Source: the human T2T-CHM13v2.0 reference genome, Homo sapiens. Taken from it: a stretch of 64,000 bases of DNA. Under the pieces are notes generated by a model. That model worked only from the letters and a program-made list of their open reading frames with translations, searched no databases and was not told where the DNA came from. Where the stretch lies: the NCBI RefSeq assembly GCF_009914755.1, contig NC_060927.1, one strand, 5' to 3'. Made by a program: the position numbers and the translations under genes. Of the stretch, positions 13,949 to 28,899 are shown piece by piece (the stretch's first letter is position 1; each line of letters starts with the position of its first letter).

Positions 13949-14069
13949 GTTCCCTGTAAATATTTGAATAAAATTAGTGAATGAATGAATGAATGAGTAA
14001 ATTGACAAATAGCTACTCTAGCTTGTTTATTTAATTTATGGGAAAACTTTTCCCTCAATACATGCAATA

Positions 14070-14380
14070 GTTTCTGCTCCCTGATATCTAAAACACTTGC
14101 TCCTTCACCTCTTTCAGCTCTCTTCTCAGATGGCCCCTCATCAGAGAGGCTTTCCCTGCCACACTTCACAGTACAATGTCCCCTGTCGATCTTTCTCTCT
14201 TCCCTGCGTTGTTTTTCTTCATAACACTTATTACCTGTCATTATATTGGATATGCATTTGTTTATCATCTGCCTCCCCCAAGAAGAAAATAAACACCAAG
14301 AAGCTGGAAACATCTTTTATCACCGCCACATCCTCAGTGCCTAGAACAGTACCTGGAACATAGTGGATCCCCAGTTAATT
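14070..14380 (+). mobile_element. L2 3'-end fragment
   Basis: catcagagaggctttccctg...tcctcagtgcctagaacagtacctggaacatagt. Confidence 0.7.
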
Positions 14381-15389
14381 TTTTTTTCTAGCTCTGTCAG
14401 GATTAAGTTTTAGTCATGTGTGTATCATTTAGTCAGCAAATATTTGAAAATGAATGATCACATTAAGAATTGACTGCACGCAGCCTAGGATTTCTTTGTA
14501 TGTACTCTAGTTATTTCTTGGATGTTAACTGCCTTCCCCCTAGATCCCAAACACTGTCTTACTGGTACTGATCTTACACCCACAAGGTATGGGTTGGTAA
14601 GAAATAGATGGCCCCGGGGATGTTGGAGTTCTCTACTGCTTGCTGATCTACCATTGCCTTTCCTCTCTCCACCAAGGGCTGGAGGCTGCCTCTACCTTAG
14701 AAGGCATTAGCAGATGTCTTTTTTATTAAAAGGGAAAGAAAGCCCATTCTGGGCATGGGTGTGGGTGTTAAAGGAAGGGAAAAGGAAGGGCAAAGGGAAG
14801 TGGATTGTGAAGCTCTGGCAGGAACGTTTTGTATGTTGTTTCTTGGACATCTTGTATTTTTTTTTTTGACCCCTTAGCAGAAGCATTCCCAGGAATAGAA
14901 ACTGGATTTTCTGTTCATATTAGACATCCAAGACTGTGGCTGTAAGCTATGCAGAGAATGGTGGAGATGGCTTTCTTTCTTTTCCAAATGACTCTCCAGA
15001 GAAATAAATACCTGAGAATTAAAGTTCTGTAGGCCACAAAGAAGATTTTTGTGAACTAAATAGGATTCAGCAATCCTTTACAGACAGTGCAATTTGGGAT
15101 GATCTATTTATATTGAGAAACTGATAAGTTCACTCAGGGGAAGGCTAAGTTGGCTACAATTCTAGCCAACACTTCATATGCTGAGACTGACCTGGGAGCT
15201 TTGGCTTATTTCTGCTGTTTCATTTTTTAAGATTTTCTTTTAGTAACACATGTGGACTGAGAGTGACCCCTCAATGGCATTCAGGACAACCAAGGCCAAG
15301 TAGAAAAATTTTCTAGTTATAGTCCTCATTACATTCTTGTTACCAACACTAATCTTTTGAAAAAGCAAAAAGTTTTAAGAATTATTGTA

Positions 15390-15590
15390 TGAGCCATATA
15401 TAGCTTTGGAATTAGATAGAAATGGGTTCAAATTCTGGTCCTATAAATTACTGGCTTAAATGTGACCTTTAAAGTCTCTTGGCCAAAGTTTCCTCATGTG
15501 CAACTTGGGAAGTAAATCATGCCATTGACCACATGGGGCTGCTGTAAGAATTAAATGAGAATGTATGTCATGCACTTAGCACAGCCAGCA
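15390..15590 (+). mobile_element. MIR SINE
   Basis: tgggttcaaattctgg...tgtgacctt...agtttcctcatgtgcaa...taagaattaaatgaga core. Confidence 0.7.
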
Positions 15591-15981
15591 CCCCGAAGGG
15601 CTGGGGTTGATGACAGCAGTGATGTTGCCTGTTCATGGCAAACTGTCCTTACAGCTGAGGGAGATGCAAGAGAAGTCTGGGTCACACACCACAGCCCTAA
15701 TTTGAGAAACTGGTCTGTGACAGTTGGCAATTATGAGTTTGAATTTCCATAATGGATTGGAATTTCTCTCATCTTTGCATTTCAAAGCCAAGGGCAAGGA
15801 ATAGTTATTATTTTCTCATAGTAATTCTTGTAAACAATTCCTGATGTGCAAGGTAGGTCAACAAATTACATGGAACCATTCTTGCATAAGGCAGTTTCTC
15901 ACAATGACGTGCTGTTTGGGTGTCTTTAGAGTAAACTTGAAAGAAGTTCTCCTTCTTTGTGTTTTGCTTCCACATGGCATT

Positions 15982-15986
<5 letters not shown>

Positions 15987-16022
<36 letters not shown>
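15987..16022. repeat. (CA)n microsatellite
   Basis: Pure CA run, ~18 units. Confidence 0.97.
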
Positions 16023-16024
<2 letters not shown>

Positions 16025-18479
16025 TGCCATGAAAGTAGAGACTTCTGCTTTGAGTTCCTCTATAGGTTATGTCTACATCAGCATCTGTTGCACAGTAGTA
16101 GCTCAATAACTATTAGTGGAATGAATAACTGAGTCTATTTCACATTAAGTCAATTTCTAGAAGTCAAGAGCTAGAAGAAACAAAACCCGGAGGGACTAAG
16201 GAATTCCTCTTCATTTTCCATGGATACCATTCCAATCATAAATGGGCTTTTCCCAAGGCTCTCTCCGCAGCCTATCACTTCTCTGGAGCCTGAAACCCAG
16301 ATAGCCAATTACATAAAGCACACACTGGATAACTCCACTTGGGTGGCACATGGGCACTTGGAATTCTAAGTGGAGAAGGAGGAGGCCCTTTTTCCTCCTC
16401 CTTTGTTCCCTCACCATCATTGTGCAAGCTGGAAACCCTTGACCCTTCCTGCTGCCTGGCACCTTGCATCTGCTATCCTGGCACTTCCCTACAGTCCCTC
16501 CCTGGTTTAGACATCCCTCTTCTCTCACTCGGAACTTCTAGCAACTACTTCAGTGGTCCCTATACCCCTAATCATTTCTTCACCATGAACAGTGACTCGT
16601 CTAAACAGCAACCCCTAATAAACTTAAAAGCCAAGTCTCCTTGGCCAAGTTCACACAATCACATGAGCTGTGGTCCAGCCACAGCCCAGAACTGCAAGCC
16701 TCACCCTATTCCCTGCAGAGCTCCAAAGCTGCCCTGTTGCTTCTCTCTAGGTCTGCAAACTGGCTCTCTTTTCTGCCTGGAAAGCACTCGGTTCTCCCAG
16801 CCTTTGGTTAGCTCAAGTCTCCTGCTTTGGATATTTACATAGAATTTAAGTGAATGCATATTTCAAGATCTCATTCCATATTGACCCTCCAGTGAGCCTC
16901 TCTCTGCAAATGAGCAATTTTGGATTCTCCGGGAAGTTCAAACAGCCTTTTTGTGTTTGTAAACATGGGTAGTTTCACTGACTTCTCCTACAGGTTGGAT
17001 TACACAAAAAACATGTTTTCAAGCGCTTGGCCTCAAGTTTATTTTCTAGGCTGATTTTTGAAGGACTTTATCTGGCCTCCTCTTAACCTTCCCCACCCCC
17101 AAGTCTGGCTTCCATCCTTATTGCTCTGCTACAAATGTTCTCTCGAAAGTCACAACTTTCTCCATTGCCAAAACCAATGAACTTTGCTCCTTCTTCATTC
17201 TTTCTGACTGGCGGCTACTTGAACACTTGGCCAGGCTGCTGCTGCTTCAAATTCTTTTCTCCATTGGTTTCTGCGGTTTTTTATTCCAATTTCTCCCACA
17301 GTTCATCTGCTTTCATCCCCGTATCCTTTTCCCTTTCCCATCAACTACTAGCAATTCCCAAGGATTAGTTCCTGGCCCTTTTTTTTTTTTTTTTTTTATC
17401 TTTCCTCTCTCTCACCTTAGATTGTTCATCCTCGCTTACGACTTCAACAGTCATCTCTAAGGTTTGACTCCTAAATAATCTAACTTTGGAGGTGCTCTCT
17501 TGCCAAATCCACAATGCCATTGCTCTGACAGCCTCTGGATTCCTAATTCATGCCCCCTCAAACCAAATTCATCATATTCCTGCCAGAAACTGGCTTCCCT
17601 ACTCCCCACCAGCTACCCTACATTTCTTCTCTGTTTTGATACCATCAGTAGCCCAATACGGGGTTAAAACCTTATTGTTACCTCTAAGTCGTCTTCTTCA
17701 TCCCCATTTTCATTCTGTTGCCAAGTCTAGCATATTTTTCCTTGCGGTGATTCACTATATCTCCCCACTTCTCTTTGTCCTCATTATTTCTCCCCATCAA
17801 TCCCTGTCTCCACATTTTTCTTCAGTGACACCAGCCACTCCACTCCCCTTCAAACATGATGTAGTCATTCTTGGAAGTATTTTCTCATATCTCCCCCATC
17901 CAGAATGTTTTTTCCTCCCCTTTTGGCCTCCTGAATGAGACCCCATCCTTTAAAGGCCACCGCAAACCTAAATTCCATCATGTAGCCACGTTTTTCCAAC
18001 CCTCAGGCCTTTGCGCACATTGGTCCCTTCATCCAGAATGTCTCCTAGCCTCTCTAAGCCCCATTCATTTAAGAAATATATGTTGAACATTCCTTATGGA
18101 GAAGATACTGGACTGTGCACTGAGGATTTCTGAGTGAATAAGACCTAGCATATTCTTATAAGGGTATTCAGCTCAAGATTCCTCTCTTCTGAGATGTTTT
18201 TTCCCTATGGCCCCACAGGCTAAACTATCAGCTTCCTCATCTGTGAGTCTCAGTACCATCTTACAACCTGTCCCTTAGGTTTTGAATTCATATTGCTTGA
18301 GTCTAAGAATGAATATCTCCCTTCTGACATCTAGCTCAGTGCATGATAGTTATTTCTTTAGATGACTGTGTCTTTTACTAGAATGTGAATCTCTTGAAAT
18401 GATACCTTCTTACTCTTGTGTCTTTAACATGCATAATGGCAAACAAAGTGTAAGTGCTCAATAACTATTTGAGCAGAAG

Positions 18480-18822
18480 AAGAAATAAATAGATGGATAT
18501 ATGGTTGGATGGGTGGATGGTTAATTGGTTGGATCGATGGATGGATAGGAAGATAGATGGATTGATGAATGGACAGAGATAGATAGACAGACAGACAAGT
18601 AGATGGACAGATGAATAGATGAAAGGATGGACAGATGGACAAATGGATGGATAGGTGGATCAATGGATGGAAAATGGGACAGATGAATGGGCAGCTGCAT
18701 TGGATAGTTGGAAGGATGGACAGATGGATGCATGGATGAATGAGTAGACAGAAGGACTGGATAAACAGGCAATTCTTTCTTGGATGTCTATTTGGATGGA
18801 TAGACAGATGGATGGATGGATG
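18480..18822. repeat. Degenerate (GGAT/AGAT)n simple repeat
   Basis: ~340 bp of gatg/ggat/agac units; explains ORFs 18424..18933 and 18521..18772. Confidence 0.92.
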
Positions 18823-20223
18823 AAAAACACTCCCAGTTATAAGACACTGTTCAGATCTATAATGATTAGGAAAGAAGGTTATAGTTAATTGACTAATCAT
18901 ATCCAACAGTGGGCTAGCATATATCTCATACATAGACTGCCAATTTTCTAAAAATTAATAGAATGCATTTAGAACAAAAGCTATACTGAACAAGATTTAT
19001 ATGTGGTGATTCTGAAGATCCTTAGAAACTTTAGCATTTCCAGGACCTCATTAAGAATCACTTAGGGGTATATAGACTGGCGTAAACCATTTGAAATGCT
19101 GTAAAGTGAGGTTTTTCATTTAAACTAACTATGTGATATAAACACCTATATCTACATGTAGACCATTTCTCTAATGATTTGGATTTCTAAAATTGACAAC
19201 ATGAAAGAGCTTCTCTACATTAATATCTTAACGGTATTTGGCAAACATCTGGCAAAATTATAAGCCATTTGTCTATCTCTCTCAGATGTCTTATTGACAT
19301 GTGGATGGCTCAGGCAGAAATCCATCACGTATATTAAGCAATCTCAGAAAACGTTGAATCCCAAGGACATGAGCGTGGCCATAAATGTTCACTAAGCCAA
19401 GTTCAGACAGACAGTCCTAACATTAGAGGTGAACCCACTGGAAGCTTAATAACTGACAGTTTCCATACTCTGTCTTCCCTTTAATCTCTAGTTATAGAGC
19501 ACCAGGCTGGAATGCTGGTCTCATCTTGGATAAAAATTCTTTCCTCCCTCCCTCATTTTTTCCTTCCTTGGTTTCTTTCTACCTTCCTTCCTCCACTGCT
19601 GCCTTAGCATTTCACATCTCAAAGCTTTTGTGTATATTAAATCCTTATATTCTATATTATATATCATGTGCATTTCATTTATTGAAGGGAGAACCCCTCA
19701 TGCTTTATTTGACTCTGTTTCTTTAGTGGCTACAGGACTCAATAAATGTTTGGTGAATAAACAAATTGGTATAGGGCTCCCACTATTTTTGTTCATGTTA
19801 CATTGTGTTGCAATCATGTATATATCTAAATATATATGAGATCCTGTGTGCAATGAACAAAAACTGATGTCCTCATTTTTCAGATAAGGAAACTGAGGCT
19901 CAGAGACATTAAGAGACTATCCTGAGCTTACATAGTTAGTACAATAAATGACGAGCTAAAATGCAGGCCTTTGAAATTTTATCCCAGGGTCCTTCCATTT
20001 GTCCATTGTTTCTTTCATATTATTTAAGACCTATGGGGAACAGTGCCATAATTTCTGTGTGTTGTAACAGATGTGGGTGGGATCTTTGAGTGGTAGGAAT
20101 GACCAATTGTTTTCTTTCTTGCCTCAAATGCTGAATAGAGGGAACCATGTATTCAAATATCCTGTAGCATAAAAGGCATTTGGGCACGTGTTACTGTTGC
20201 ATAAAAACACTCTTTACACAGAC

Positions 20224-20480
20224 TGTATTACACAGATTATTGCTGTGTAACAAACTACCCCCAAGCTCAGTGGCTTAAAACTATAAGCTTTTGTTACTGT
20301 TCACAGCACCATGGATCAGTCGGGTTGTACTTCTGGGTTCACTGGGCTCTCTACTGGGTAGGCAACTCTGCTGATCTTACCTGTGCTCTTTCCGAGGTTC
20401 AAGCTGGCTCCAGATTGATCTAGTGTGGTCTTGGCTGGAACAACTGGGCTGTCCTCTTTATGGTCTCTTGGGACTTCTGC
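20224..20480 (-). mobile_element. Old MLT1-type LTR fragment
   Basis: attgctgtgtaacaaactacccccaagctcagtggcttaaaa. Confidence 0.7.
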
Positions 20481-20845
20481 TTCTCTTTTCCTAAGCTGAG
20501 AAAAACTTCATTTCTATTTTACATAACATTTTAAGAGGAAATGTATGATGAAAATGTCAAGCAGAACTTCAGTTCATTTGCTAAAAATGTATTGGCTTTT
20601 AAAAGACAGTAGAAATGAAAGATCCGGCCATTATATTTTATCATGATAGAGACTGTTATTTAATATTTGAAAGCCCATAACTTGTTATAAAGAATATACA
20701 TGACACAGAGCAAGATACAAGCTTATCTGGAACAGTCTGTTGCTGGGAAATTTCTTTTTTGCCCTCCTGCCCTTCATCAGATTCTGTTTTTGAAAGGCAG
20801 TCTATGCCTATTCCATGAAAGAAATATAAAGGAGTGTGCTTGTAT

Positions 20846-20885
20846 CCCTGCTCAACTTTTTTACCCTGCTCAACTTTTTTACCCT
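20846..20885. repeat. Perfect 18-bp tandem duplication (ccctgctcaactttttta x2.2)
   Basis: Read directly from the sequence. Confidence 0.95.
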
Positions 20886-23800
20886 AGATATATGGGACCC
20901 CTATTTGAAGACTATTGATTCCTGAACCTTAGACTGTCAGCCTTTTTTCAAAAAAGTTAAAAGACCCACTCACAGTGTTTCAGATACACGAGGGCAGCTT
21001 GGGCTTCAGCAGAAGTGAACTTGAGTTTGGCACAGCGAAGAATTTCCTGCCTATGAAAATTGATTATGGAAGAGATACTAAGCCTTTTTTTTTTTTCTAG
21101 ATCAGAGGTTTTTTAAAAACAAGGTGAATTGATCATACAGTAAGTGTGTGAGTTTATTCCTGGTTAAAAAGCAGAGGGCCAGCCACAGTGTCTTTAATTT
21201 CCTTTTTTTAACATTCAGTTTTATGCCATAAATAAAAGGCTTCATCTCAGCTCTTATTCATATTGGGTAGCTCTGTCACAAACACGAAGCCACAGACACG
21301 TGTGCCTCTTTGGACAGGATTTAGGCAAAGTAATCATTGAGAATAGCCCATTGCTGCCAGAGGAAATGTACAAAGAAGCACCGCCGGGTATGAAGGAAAG
21401 CATCTCAGGGGTTCATGTCATCCCTCAACTACTCACTGTTGAGTTCCTACTTTTATACATTAAGCCAGAACATTTTCTTTTTTCTCATTTCTGGAATTGA
21501 ACTTAGGATATTTCTTATAGCTCATATGTCCAAAGAAAAGGATTTTTCATCTAAAACTAAATCTCTTGCCTTGCAAGGACGCGCACCACACCGTGCTTGT
21601 CTGAAAATGAATGCGACCACAGTAGGGCTGCCCTTACCAGCCCAGACAGAGGAGGGAAAAAGTATTTGAAAGACTGTCCACACAAGAAGAGGTAAAATCT
21701 GCATATCAAAAAGTAACCAGTGAGGGAAATATGATTAAATTTGTTTTGAAAGTTTCATTAGCATAACATACCACTTTAACCACAAAGAAGTATTTGACGT
21801 CTGTATATTCTGATATTTCAGAGATTTTCTATAACTTCTTTGAATAATTTTAAGAAGCTGAGCTAAGCTGGAAGATCATATTAAACTCTCAGAATGCTGT
21901 GTCCAGACTAATTTCCCCCAAGACTTCAATATTCTGTAAAAATTCTAAGCATGCTCCTTGCTCAATTGCTGGCACAATGGACACCAGGTCATCTCTTAGA
22001 CTTCGAGGTTGTAGGGGCCTCCTGTCACCTTTTGAAGTACTTGCACATATGCTACATGTTGCAGACTCAGAGCAGTCCTCTTAGGATTCCATTTTGACCT
22101 CCATTTTACAAACCCTGAAATCAAAGTCCCTGGAAATGGAATAACTTGATTCATTCAACACATACTCTTCGGCACCCTACCCTCAGCCTGGTCCAAAAGG
22201 CACATGTCTCATGAGTGGCAAGAAAACTTAGCTGCAGCCTCATTCACTGACCTTTTTTCTCTGTATATTTGTTCCAATTTCAACTGGAATTCACATGGCA
22301 GGCACTTTATTAGGAAAAAGACACAGTCCCCACCTTCAGGCAGATTCTGATGTAGAAGAAATGTTTACTCACCCCAACTCTCCCCAGTTTACAGTGGGAC
22401 GTGCTATGTTAAATGCTTGAATTAAATCCTTAGGTTGTGGGAAAAGTAAGTCTCTAACAATTAGTAATAGATCCACCTGCCTTCAGATCCATGGTAGCTC
22501 GTTTACATGATGAGATTAGAAAATGATTTTTTAACTAAAATTAAAGCATGTTTTAATGTTTTTCTTTTAAATATATCAGTGTGTTAGTTACAGGTCATCC
22601 CCAACTCATGACAACCCCATAGTTCTAATCACCAACTGTAACTCATTATTCTTGCAGTTAGCAAGGAGCTGAAGAGTCAAGATGAACAAATTCCAGACTT
22701 TAATTTTCAAGCAAGAATAAATAGACCATCATGCTTCCTTTGCTAAGCTGAATATAGAGAACTTTATGGACAAAAATACCATCAATTGTATTTTCCTTTT
22801 TTTTTTTTTTTTTGATGTGAAAGGATTTTTAGTGAAGCATTGTTTTCATCTCTTCCTGAATCCAAGTGAATCTACATCTTTTGCATGTTTCCTGCATTAA
22901 ATTTTTATTGTGTGCCTGAAAATCAATATTCCAGATACATGCACAAGTGCACACATTAAAATGAACATGACTTCATTTATTTCCATGATTAGACATTCAA
23001 ATAAAAGTGCTTGGGTGTCTGTTTTCATATTCATAGGTCGAGATCCGTACATCAGAGGTATTTGTATAAGTGACACTTTTATTACATTCATTTCATTTGC
23101 AATATGATAGTGGATCATAAATATGTTACTTTTATGCCACCAAATCTGATTTGTAGCACTTAGCCCCTCACAAGGAGAATACTTGATATTTTATGGAGCA
23201 CCTTTCATCCAAGAAGCGCTTTGCAAACATCAGGCCGGGTTCTATCAGGTGTATAAATCACATCTGTGACCCCCTGAATGCCCCACCTGCTTCATCAACC
23301 TTCTGGCTACTACTGTAGGGGTGGAGAGCAGTTAGTGATTCCCCCGCAGACCCCAACATGATAGTGAGACCTTTAAGTTCTGGAAGAAAGAGGCTCAGGT
23401 GAACTCTGTATTGCCACATATAGGCCCTGACAGTGGACAGAACACCACATTTAGTTATATGTCTACCTTATCATTTGCAAAACAGTTTTGAGGCCCCCAT
23501 CTGTGGGTCGGATCTTGTATTAAGCCCTGGGGACATAGAGACAAGTAACATGTGGCCCTTGCCTTTCAGATATTCACAGACTTGGAGGGGAGGGCTTTGA
23601 TGCAGGCTTGACAGTGTTTGCTCCTCTCTTTGCCTCTCCATTCCCTCCCAGAGGTGCACCGTACCTGAAAGCAGCTTGTCAAACTCCCAGGTCTGGCATA
23701 GGTATATGAGTGCATATACCAGTCAGTCGCAATCAGAGTGAAAGAAGAGGTCCACCATCAAACATCCCAGGCAGCCTTGGAGCTGAGCATCAGATGCACA

Positions 23801-25989
23801 CCCCACGCTCCCAGAGAAGAGAGTCATCTCCCCACCCACCATCCCATAGCATCCCTCAATTTACCCTCCCAATTCCCCAGCGTTAGCTTCCTAATCTAGG
23901 ACCAGTAGGATCCCCCTGCCACACCCAGTAATACACAGGCACAGCTCCCTGTAGCATCCTTCATTGTACTCACTACGCTGTGGACTGTGTGTACATGGGG
24001 TAGACTCAGACGCAGCGGAGCACAGTGGGTTTCCTAAGTTCTGATCCTGACTGTATCACTCACAGGATGCATGGCCTCAGGCAGGGTACTCACCTTCCTG
24101 TGCCTCCACTTTCTCATCTGCAAAATGGGTATAATAGTGATATCTACTCTATTAGGTTGTTGTAAGGATTGAATGGCCTACCATGAATAGAAGGCTTTAT
24201 GATAGTTGTAATGAACACTTTCAGTATTGTGGTAAATAATACTCTCGTATATTAATTGCAGTACATGTAATAATAGTGATGCCAATATTCTATTATTATT
24301 ATTATTACTGTCACTGTTTTATTGTATGATGAATGTCTGTCTGCTACCATAAGTTTTTGCTCCATGGTAGCAACAACCATCCTGTTTTGCGATGGCACAT
24401 AGTAGATACTCAATAAATATTCATTGAATGAATGAATGAACAAAACAATGAAGGAACAAATGAATCCACCCACTCATTTGGTGCCACTGCGATGGCTTCT
24501 CCAAGCACCATTTTTCATATCAGTCTCCTCTGCCACTGACAGCCACAGGCCCCACAGTAATCCCCACAAGTCCTTGGTGTTTAGGTCATCCATTTCCCCC
24601 ACGGAAGGGCCTTACATTCTTCCTGCATAACTAACCCACATAGGCCTTTACAGTAGTCTACCTCCTTCCCACCAAGCCCACCATCTGTGTGTCTCCATGC
24701 AGGTGCTACTGCCATCTCGGGGGAGGCTCTGAAAGGAGCTGTCTCCTCTGGAGTTGACCCCAGGTGGTAAGTGGTGGAGCTAGCACTAGTTCCAGATCTC
24801 CTGACTTCCCCTGCAGTACTTGTATCGCCCTTGCCTCCCACTGCTGGCCTCCAGGGGAACGAGTCCCTGCACTGCCCCAGGAGCCACTGACCACGAGGCC
24901 TCAAAGGGACCAATAGTCCCAAGAACTTGGACAAAGCTACCATCCCTAGGCCCCCGTGGCTTCTTGTGCACTGTGTCACCTCCATGATTCTGGTGGTTCT
25001 TGGCAGCCCTTCTCAAACACTGCGTCTGCGTTCTTCTAGAGTTTAAAACCATTGAGGGAAGCAGCTGCTGAAGCCACGTGTTTAGAAAATTTGTCCGTCA
25101 ACTTATGAAGCTGTATGTAATTGGGGCATCATCACCAGAGGGGTTGTCCCTGCATTTTGTGGGTGTGGAAGAATTTGTGATAATCCCAGGAGTCCTTTAT
25201 TCACATAGACAGTGGTGGTGGGACTTCACGTAGGGGACAAAAGGAGTGTGGAAAGTAGCCTGAGGTTACACACTGCTCCCCTTCGAGTGAGCTGCAAAGG
25301 CTGCTCCAAATTGGGCCCAAAGCACAGAAAATGGTGCTCTGGCTTCACAGTTGTGATTTTGCAAACGGCGTGTGTGATCACTGCACAACCCAACAGAGAT
25401 GCCCAACTTGGTGCCCAGCTGCAGCTCACCCAGGGCCCCTTCCCACAGGACCTCACCCCTCCCTTTCTTGCTTGGTTCAGTTACTTCATGGTGACAGCTC
25501 ACAGTGTCTCCTCTCTCCTGGTAACCCTCTAGAGCTGGGTTTGCTCGTCTGAGTTTTCCAGGCCCCTGGTGGTGGATGGGGACAGTGAAGCAGAATGCTT
25601 AGGAGCAGACACAGGTCCTGCAGACTTCCCTGTGGATGGGATTATGGGGACTCCTTCTGTGGGTTGTTAGTTTGTTTTGTGGTTTCTCTTTCTGCACATT
25701 GGGTTGACTATTTTCAAACATGGTATTGTTGGGCCTCAAGTTCCTTGAGTGTAGAAATGGGGTCATAAGGCCCACCTCACCTGGCTTACTGTGGGGATTT
25801 CGCGAGCTAGGATTCTTCACCTGCTGATGCCCAGTGGCCCTTGCCACACAATCACTAAAGGGTAGTGAGGCTGCTGCTGTGTTTTAATGTAGCTGTAGGT
25901 GTCATCTCAGCTTCAGAATCGACTCAAACAGTTCCTGGTATTTAGCGATGTGTCACCTCCCACAGGGCTCTGGGTTTTTTGTTGGTGTT

Positions 25990-26575
25990 GTTTTGTGATA
26001 TAATTCACGTAGCATAACATTCATCATTTTAAACTGTACCATTCAGCGGTGCGTAGTGGATCCACTAAGTTGTGCAGCCTTCACCAGTAAGTCCAGAACA
26101 TTTTCATCTCCTAAAAAACAAAACCCTGAACCCGTTAGCACTCCCGATCCTCCCTCCCCACCAACTTGCCCCCGTACCTGACAGCCACGAGTCTACTTTT
26201 TGTCTTTGGATTGGCCTGTTCTGGACATCCATATAATTTAGAATCACACAATGTGTGGCCTTTTGCGACTGGCTTCTTTAAGGCGTATGTGTGAAAGCTT
26301 CATCTGTGTTGTAGTATGCATCCATAATTCATTCCTTTCTATGACAAATAATATTCCACCATAAGGACGTCCTAGATTCCACTTCCCCGTCATCGGGTGA
26401 TGAACATTTGGGTTCTTTCCACTTTTCAACTGCCGTGAGTCACACTGTCATGAACATTCATGGACAAGTTTTGCATAGACACATATTTTCAGTTCTCTTG
26501 GGTGTACACCTAGGAGAGGAATTGCTGCGTCACATGGTACCTCTGCGTATAACTTTGAGAAAAACTGCCGAGTAC
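25990..26575 (-). mobile_element. L1M (L1MB-like) 3' fragment
   Basis: gatataattcacgtagcataa...ccagaacattttcatc...gaacattcatggacaagttttg...cctaggagaggaattgct. Confidence 0.85.
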
Positions 26576-28362
26576 TCTTCCTCGGGGCTCTGTTTCAGAA
26601 GGACCCTCCCTGCTTAGATTTGACTTTTTCACTAGCTAAGGAAGGCCATTGGCAGAGGCCGAGGAAAAGAGGGGGGTCTGATCACCTGAGATCCTGCGCA
26701 CTCACACACAAGCCTTCAGGCATTCCCTCCCCTCAGCAGCCCAGACTCCATCCTCACGGAGAGCCACCATGCCGCCTCTGCCACCCTGCATGACCCCTTT
26801 CCCCCTCATTGTGTCTCCTTTGCCCGCCGGCTTCTTTGCATTCTCTCTGCTTTGAACCATGATACCCACTCTCACCCAGCGTCCTGCGCCGGCTGGGAGG
26901 GATCGGGTCACAGAGGTCTCGAGGGGCCAGTCTGCACTGGGAAAGAATACAGCTGAGGCTGCACTTCCCACTCATTTCACCAGTGATCTAGAAATTTTCT
27001 GAGCCAATGAGCAGTGTCATTTCAGAGTCCTGGGGGAAGGAAACTGTCTAGAAGGGTGTTCTCTTCAGACCTGTTGGTTTCCTTAGGAATAAGTAAGTGA
27101 GTCCAAGTGAGGAAGGAACTTCTCAACCACGTGAACTTGAGCATATTTCTTAGCTTCTCCAAGACTCAGTTTCTTCATCTGTAAAATGGGTTTAAACTTG
27201 CCTACCTGATAAAAGGATCAAGTGAGATACCGTGATACCATGTTCAAGGGACTCAAAAAAATGTTCCTGGTCTCCCCAGCTGCCCTCCCTCCTGGTTAGG
27301 TAGGAGTGGCTCGTACAGACACTGACTTTGTAGTAGGACTCACCTCCCTTTTTTCCTTTCTTCCCCCTTCTCACCCCTTGCTCTTTCCTTTCACCACTTC
27401 CTCTCTCCTCCTGCTATTGTCTTACTCTGCCCTCAGCTCCTACCCCAAATATGGGTATTCTCATGGTGTGGACCCAGGGAACTGCCAGTTCTCAAATCAC
27501 CCGTGTGCTCTTAGGGAGGCAACTCAGGCCAGATCCTCTTAGGGCAGATCAGATTATGCCCTGGGTCATTTTGCAGTGCAGATTCCCAGGTCACAGTGGT
27601 GGCATGCACAGCCAGGCAGCATCCAGCCTGGCACCCGCTGGGCCCCAGAGAACATGGACTCCCTGGAGGGGGTGGCATGGTCTGTTTCGCCTGTCTGCCT
27701 CCCTGGGTTTCAGTTTCTTTCCTCGCGAGATCCTAGCCAGGGGCTAGAGCTTTGAGTTACACTCGGATTTGAAGTCATCCCAGAGGTCTGTGCTGCAGGA
27801 GGAAGCACGGGCTTCCATAGCACTGTGTCCTGGGCCCTGACTTTGTGCCTGGCACCGTGCTTGGCTCGGAGCATGCAGAGGGAAAGGACACACACCTGCT
27901 GTGGGTCCAGTGTTCCAGACACAACGTGGAGTCAAGTGGCTACCAGCGAATAAGGGAATGAATGGTTTTCCAGGCTGAAGATTTCATACTGTATCAATTA
28001 TTATTTTTAAGTAATTTTATATTCCAAAACAGATAATATGGTTCATACAGAAAGTTTAGAAAGCAGAAAAACACGAAGGGACAAAAACCATCATCCTTAT
28101 CTCCTCTCAGATGAGTTTCTTCAAAAGTGCCTGTCACTTAATTCAGAAAACTAAAAAGCAAAGACACCAAAATGTGTAGCTAGGAAATACTAATTATGAA
28201 GTAACGGGGCTTTGTTCAGAGACCTGACCCTTCCCTTACAATGTCACTCAGGGCATCCCATTTGAGGGTAAAGCTCTTGGAAAAATCCTTCTCTCTTCAA
28301 GAGATCCAGTCCACAGAAAAAGTTCTCTCACAACAAGCCAAGACTCTGAGCCTCCTGGGTGA

Positions 28363-28899
<537 letters not shown>

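Noticed and set aside
16339-17938. 150-167 aa ORFs in pyrimidine-rich DNA
   Set aside because: Decayed L2-like sequence; no domain or splice structure
18424-18933. 169-aa His/Pro/Ser/Ile-rich ORF
   Set aside because: Translation of the (GGAT)n simple repeat
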